Part shown: piece after piece, positions 61,930 to 64,000 of the stretch
How positions within the stretch are numbered: the first letter of the stretch is position 1
Layout: the number at the start of each line of letters is the position of its first letter
Origin: Camelus ferus
Lineage: Eukaryota
Direction: 5' to 3'
Length of the DNA stretch: 64,000 nt
NCBI RefSeq assembly: GCF_009834535.1
Contig: NC_045705.1
Location: 56,296,001-56,360,000 of the forward strand
The notes under the pieces: generated by a model
Database searches by the model: none
The model's input: only the letters and a program-made list of their open reading frames with translations
What the model was told of the DNA's origin: nothing
Made by a program: the position numbers and the translations under genes

Positions 61930-62265
61930 AATAATAAAACAGTATTATTGTATATACATTTACAATTATTGTATCTTAGAGATATTGACCTTATTTCATA
62001 ATGAAATGTCTTTCTTCATTTAATAATATTTTCTGTCTTGAGTCTTTTTATCTGATATTGGTATAGCCACTCCAGCTCTTTTATGGTTATTGTTGGCATG
62101 ATGTATGTTTTTCCATTCTTTTACTTTCCTCTTATTTACATATATCTTGGAATCCATATGTGTTTCCTGTGTGCAGAATATAGTTAGTCTTTTTTTTTCT
62201 ACTCTGTACAACAGTGTCTGCTTTTTGTGAGGATTTTTTAGCCCATGTACTTTGTAATTTTTGGA
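61930..62265 (-). mobile_element. L1 ORF2 endonuclease remnant
   Basis: ORF 62020-62304 encodes CTQETH...KVKEWKNIHHANNNHKRAGVAIPISDK, matching the L1 endonuclease motif CLQETH...KVKGWKKI.HAN...AGVAILISDK. Confidence 0.85.
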
Positions 62266-64000
62266 AGTTATGGTTCCAGTGGTTGGAAATGGTTGGAATT
62301 TCATGTGCCATTTTGCCAGAACTCCTTGTTAAATTTCCAGTTACTCTGATGATCCACAGCTTGCCCCAAAGAAGACCACTGGCTCTGGGTGGTAGAACAT
62401 CTGGTCCTCCCTTTTTGCTCACCACCAAGATCACCACACTAATTGGCAAGCTCCAAGTCAGGGAAGCCAGCTCAGGCAGCTAGACCAAAGCTGTCGGCTT
62501 TCCCTGTCTGGTGACTGCTGACAACTGAAGGCAGTGGGGATGATGAGAGCAACCCCAGGCCAGAAAGCCAAGAACATGGTGGTTATTTCCCAATATTCAG
62601 TAGTCTTCATGAATAGGCTTATATCTCTGATGGATTTCAGAGTGCTGAAATTATATTAGTGACAGTTTTCCCAGTTTTATAGTTGCTTTTTTGGAGAGAG
62701 GATGTTTCAACCTCCGCACTTCATCATACCAGAAATGAATATTTGTTTCTATTTATACATCTTTTAATATTTTCCTTTTATAGTTTAAAAGTTATTACAT
62801 TTTATTTTAAAATACTTCACTTCATGTTTTAGGATATGTGCATTTAGAGTTTTCCAGTGAATGTTTAGAGTTAATTTATATCCATAGCATCCCCTAAGAA
62901 TATAATGTAGCATGTTTTTATTTTGCTCTTTCCCACATCACAATTTCATGGTCCTTTTGTCTGGAATTTCAGTTTTAACTTTTTGAATATTTAACTAAAG
63001 GAGGGAGATCTGACTATAGTGTGTGTCCAGTCCTTCTTGTTGAAATTATAAATAATATTTGGATATTAAATGTGAAAAGAGTCTAATTATGAGGCTCTTA
63101 TTCTGGAAAATTGTTGAGTGGTAATGCCACCAACTGATTTAGGGAACCAAAATATGTTTCTTATTATTATGCATATATATTTTTTGGTTGTTGTTGTAAT
63201 TTTCCCACCACTGCCTCCTAACTGAGAAAACTGGAAGAGGTTTAAAGATGCATCTGTTAAGATCTGTTCTGTATTACTGAATTTAAAATGCTTCTGACAT
63301 CCAAGTAGAAATTTGGATGAGATAAATATAGAATGATCAGGGAATATATTTGTGATTCATCAATTTATAAAGTTTAGTTGAAGTCAAGAGGAATACCACT
63401 GAGGAAAAAGAAAAGGAAAAGTGTATATTCATAGCAGCCAGCAGTCATTGAGAAAATGATCAGTTTAGGAAAGGTGACTACCTTTGATTTAGTAATAAAG
63501 GAGTAATTGGTGACCTTAATGAGAGCAATTAACATTGAAATGTGAATGTGTTAAATCAGCTCAAAAGTCAGATTGCCTGGGACTGGGAGGAGTAGAAAAA
63601 TGTGTCTATAGGAGTATAGACCCCCTCCCCCGTGTTTGCGATTAAGGGAGGAGGTAAGTTAGGGAAAAGATAACAGGAAAAACAGGGTTGAGGACAATGG
63701 GAAAACAATTCAAGAGTTTTGAGGACAGCTATAGAAAAAGCTCCAAGGCAAGGGATGACAGCAGTCTAGTTATTAGAATGTCTGTGTGTGAAAGGAGGGA
63801 ATGTGTGTGTGTATGTTATGTCTGGGGCAGGAGAGGAAGGAGGCAGGCTGTTTTCGAAAGCATTATGCAAATATGTCATAAGATTAAGTATGTCTTTCTA
63901 ATCAGTTTTCAGGTTGCACAGTTCAAAGTGGGACCCTGAACTATGTCTACATTCCTCACCCAGTCAGCTCCCAATACCAGCACTTCAATGGCCCCCACCT

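Noticed and set aside
45000-64000. Search for further OR remnants, an ERV internal region or any other gene in the last 19 kb
   Set aside because: By eye I saw no OR motifs and no gag/pol/env signature. ORFs there are short and repeat-derived; a tblastn with OR51 queries would be needed to exclude very old fragments.
1-64000. CRISPR arrays, operons, rRNA, functional tRNA genes
   Set aside because: This is mammalian DNA. There are no regularly spaced repeats, and both tRNA-like sequences are SINE or pseudogene relics.

Overview
Mammalian, AT-rich, CpG-poor genomic DNA. It is probably camelid, inferred from a Vic-1-like tRNA SINE and the style of the young L1 3' ends. The window covers part of the class I olfactory receptor (OR51) cluster, with six single-exon OR loci in the order -,+,-,-,+,-: (1) OR51A7-like, with a 1-bp frameshift in TM7; (2) an OR51A-family gene with an open frame but a broken DRY-like motif; (3) intact OR51T1; (4) a heavily decayed OR51H-family pseudogene; (5) intact OR51H1; (6) an intact OR51H-family gene. 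The rest is mostly L1, L2, MIR, LTR (MLT1, MER21, MER34-like) and DNA-transposon (MER3, MER46C) relics, microsatellites, and two sized N gaps that both fall in the same L1 segment. The most anomalous element is a ~250-bp orphan CpG island at ~50.6-50.85 kb with CTCF and NRF1 motifs and no gene attached; CpG enrichment extends into the neighbouring old L1. I found no prokaryotic features, no CRISPR array and no convincing new protein-coding system. Orthologue and repeat-family names come from recalled sequences, not from database searches, and repeat boundaries are approximate.
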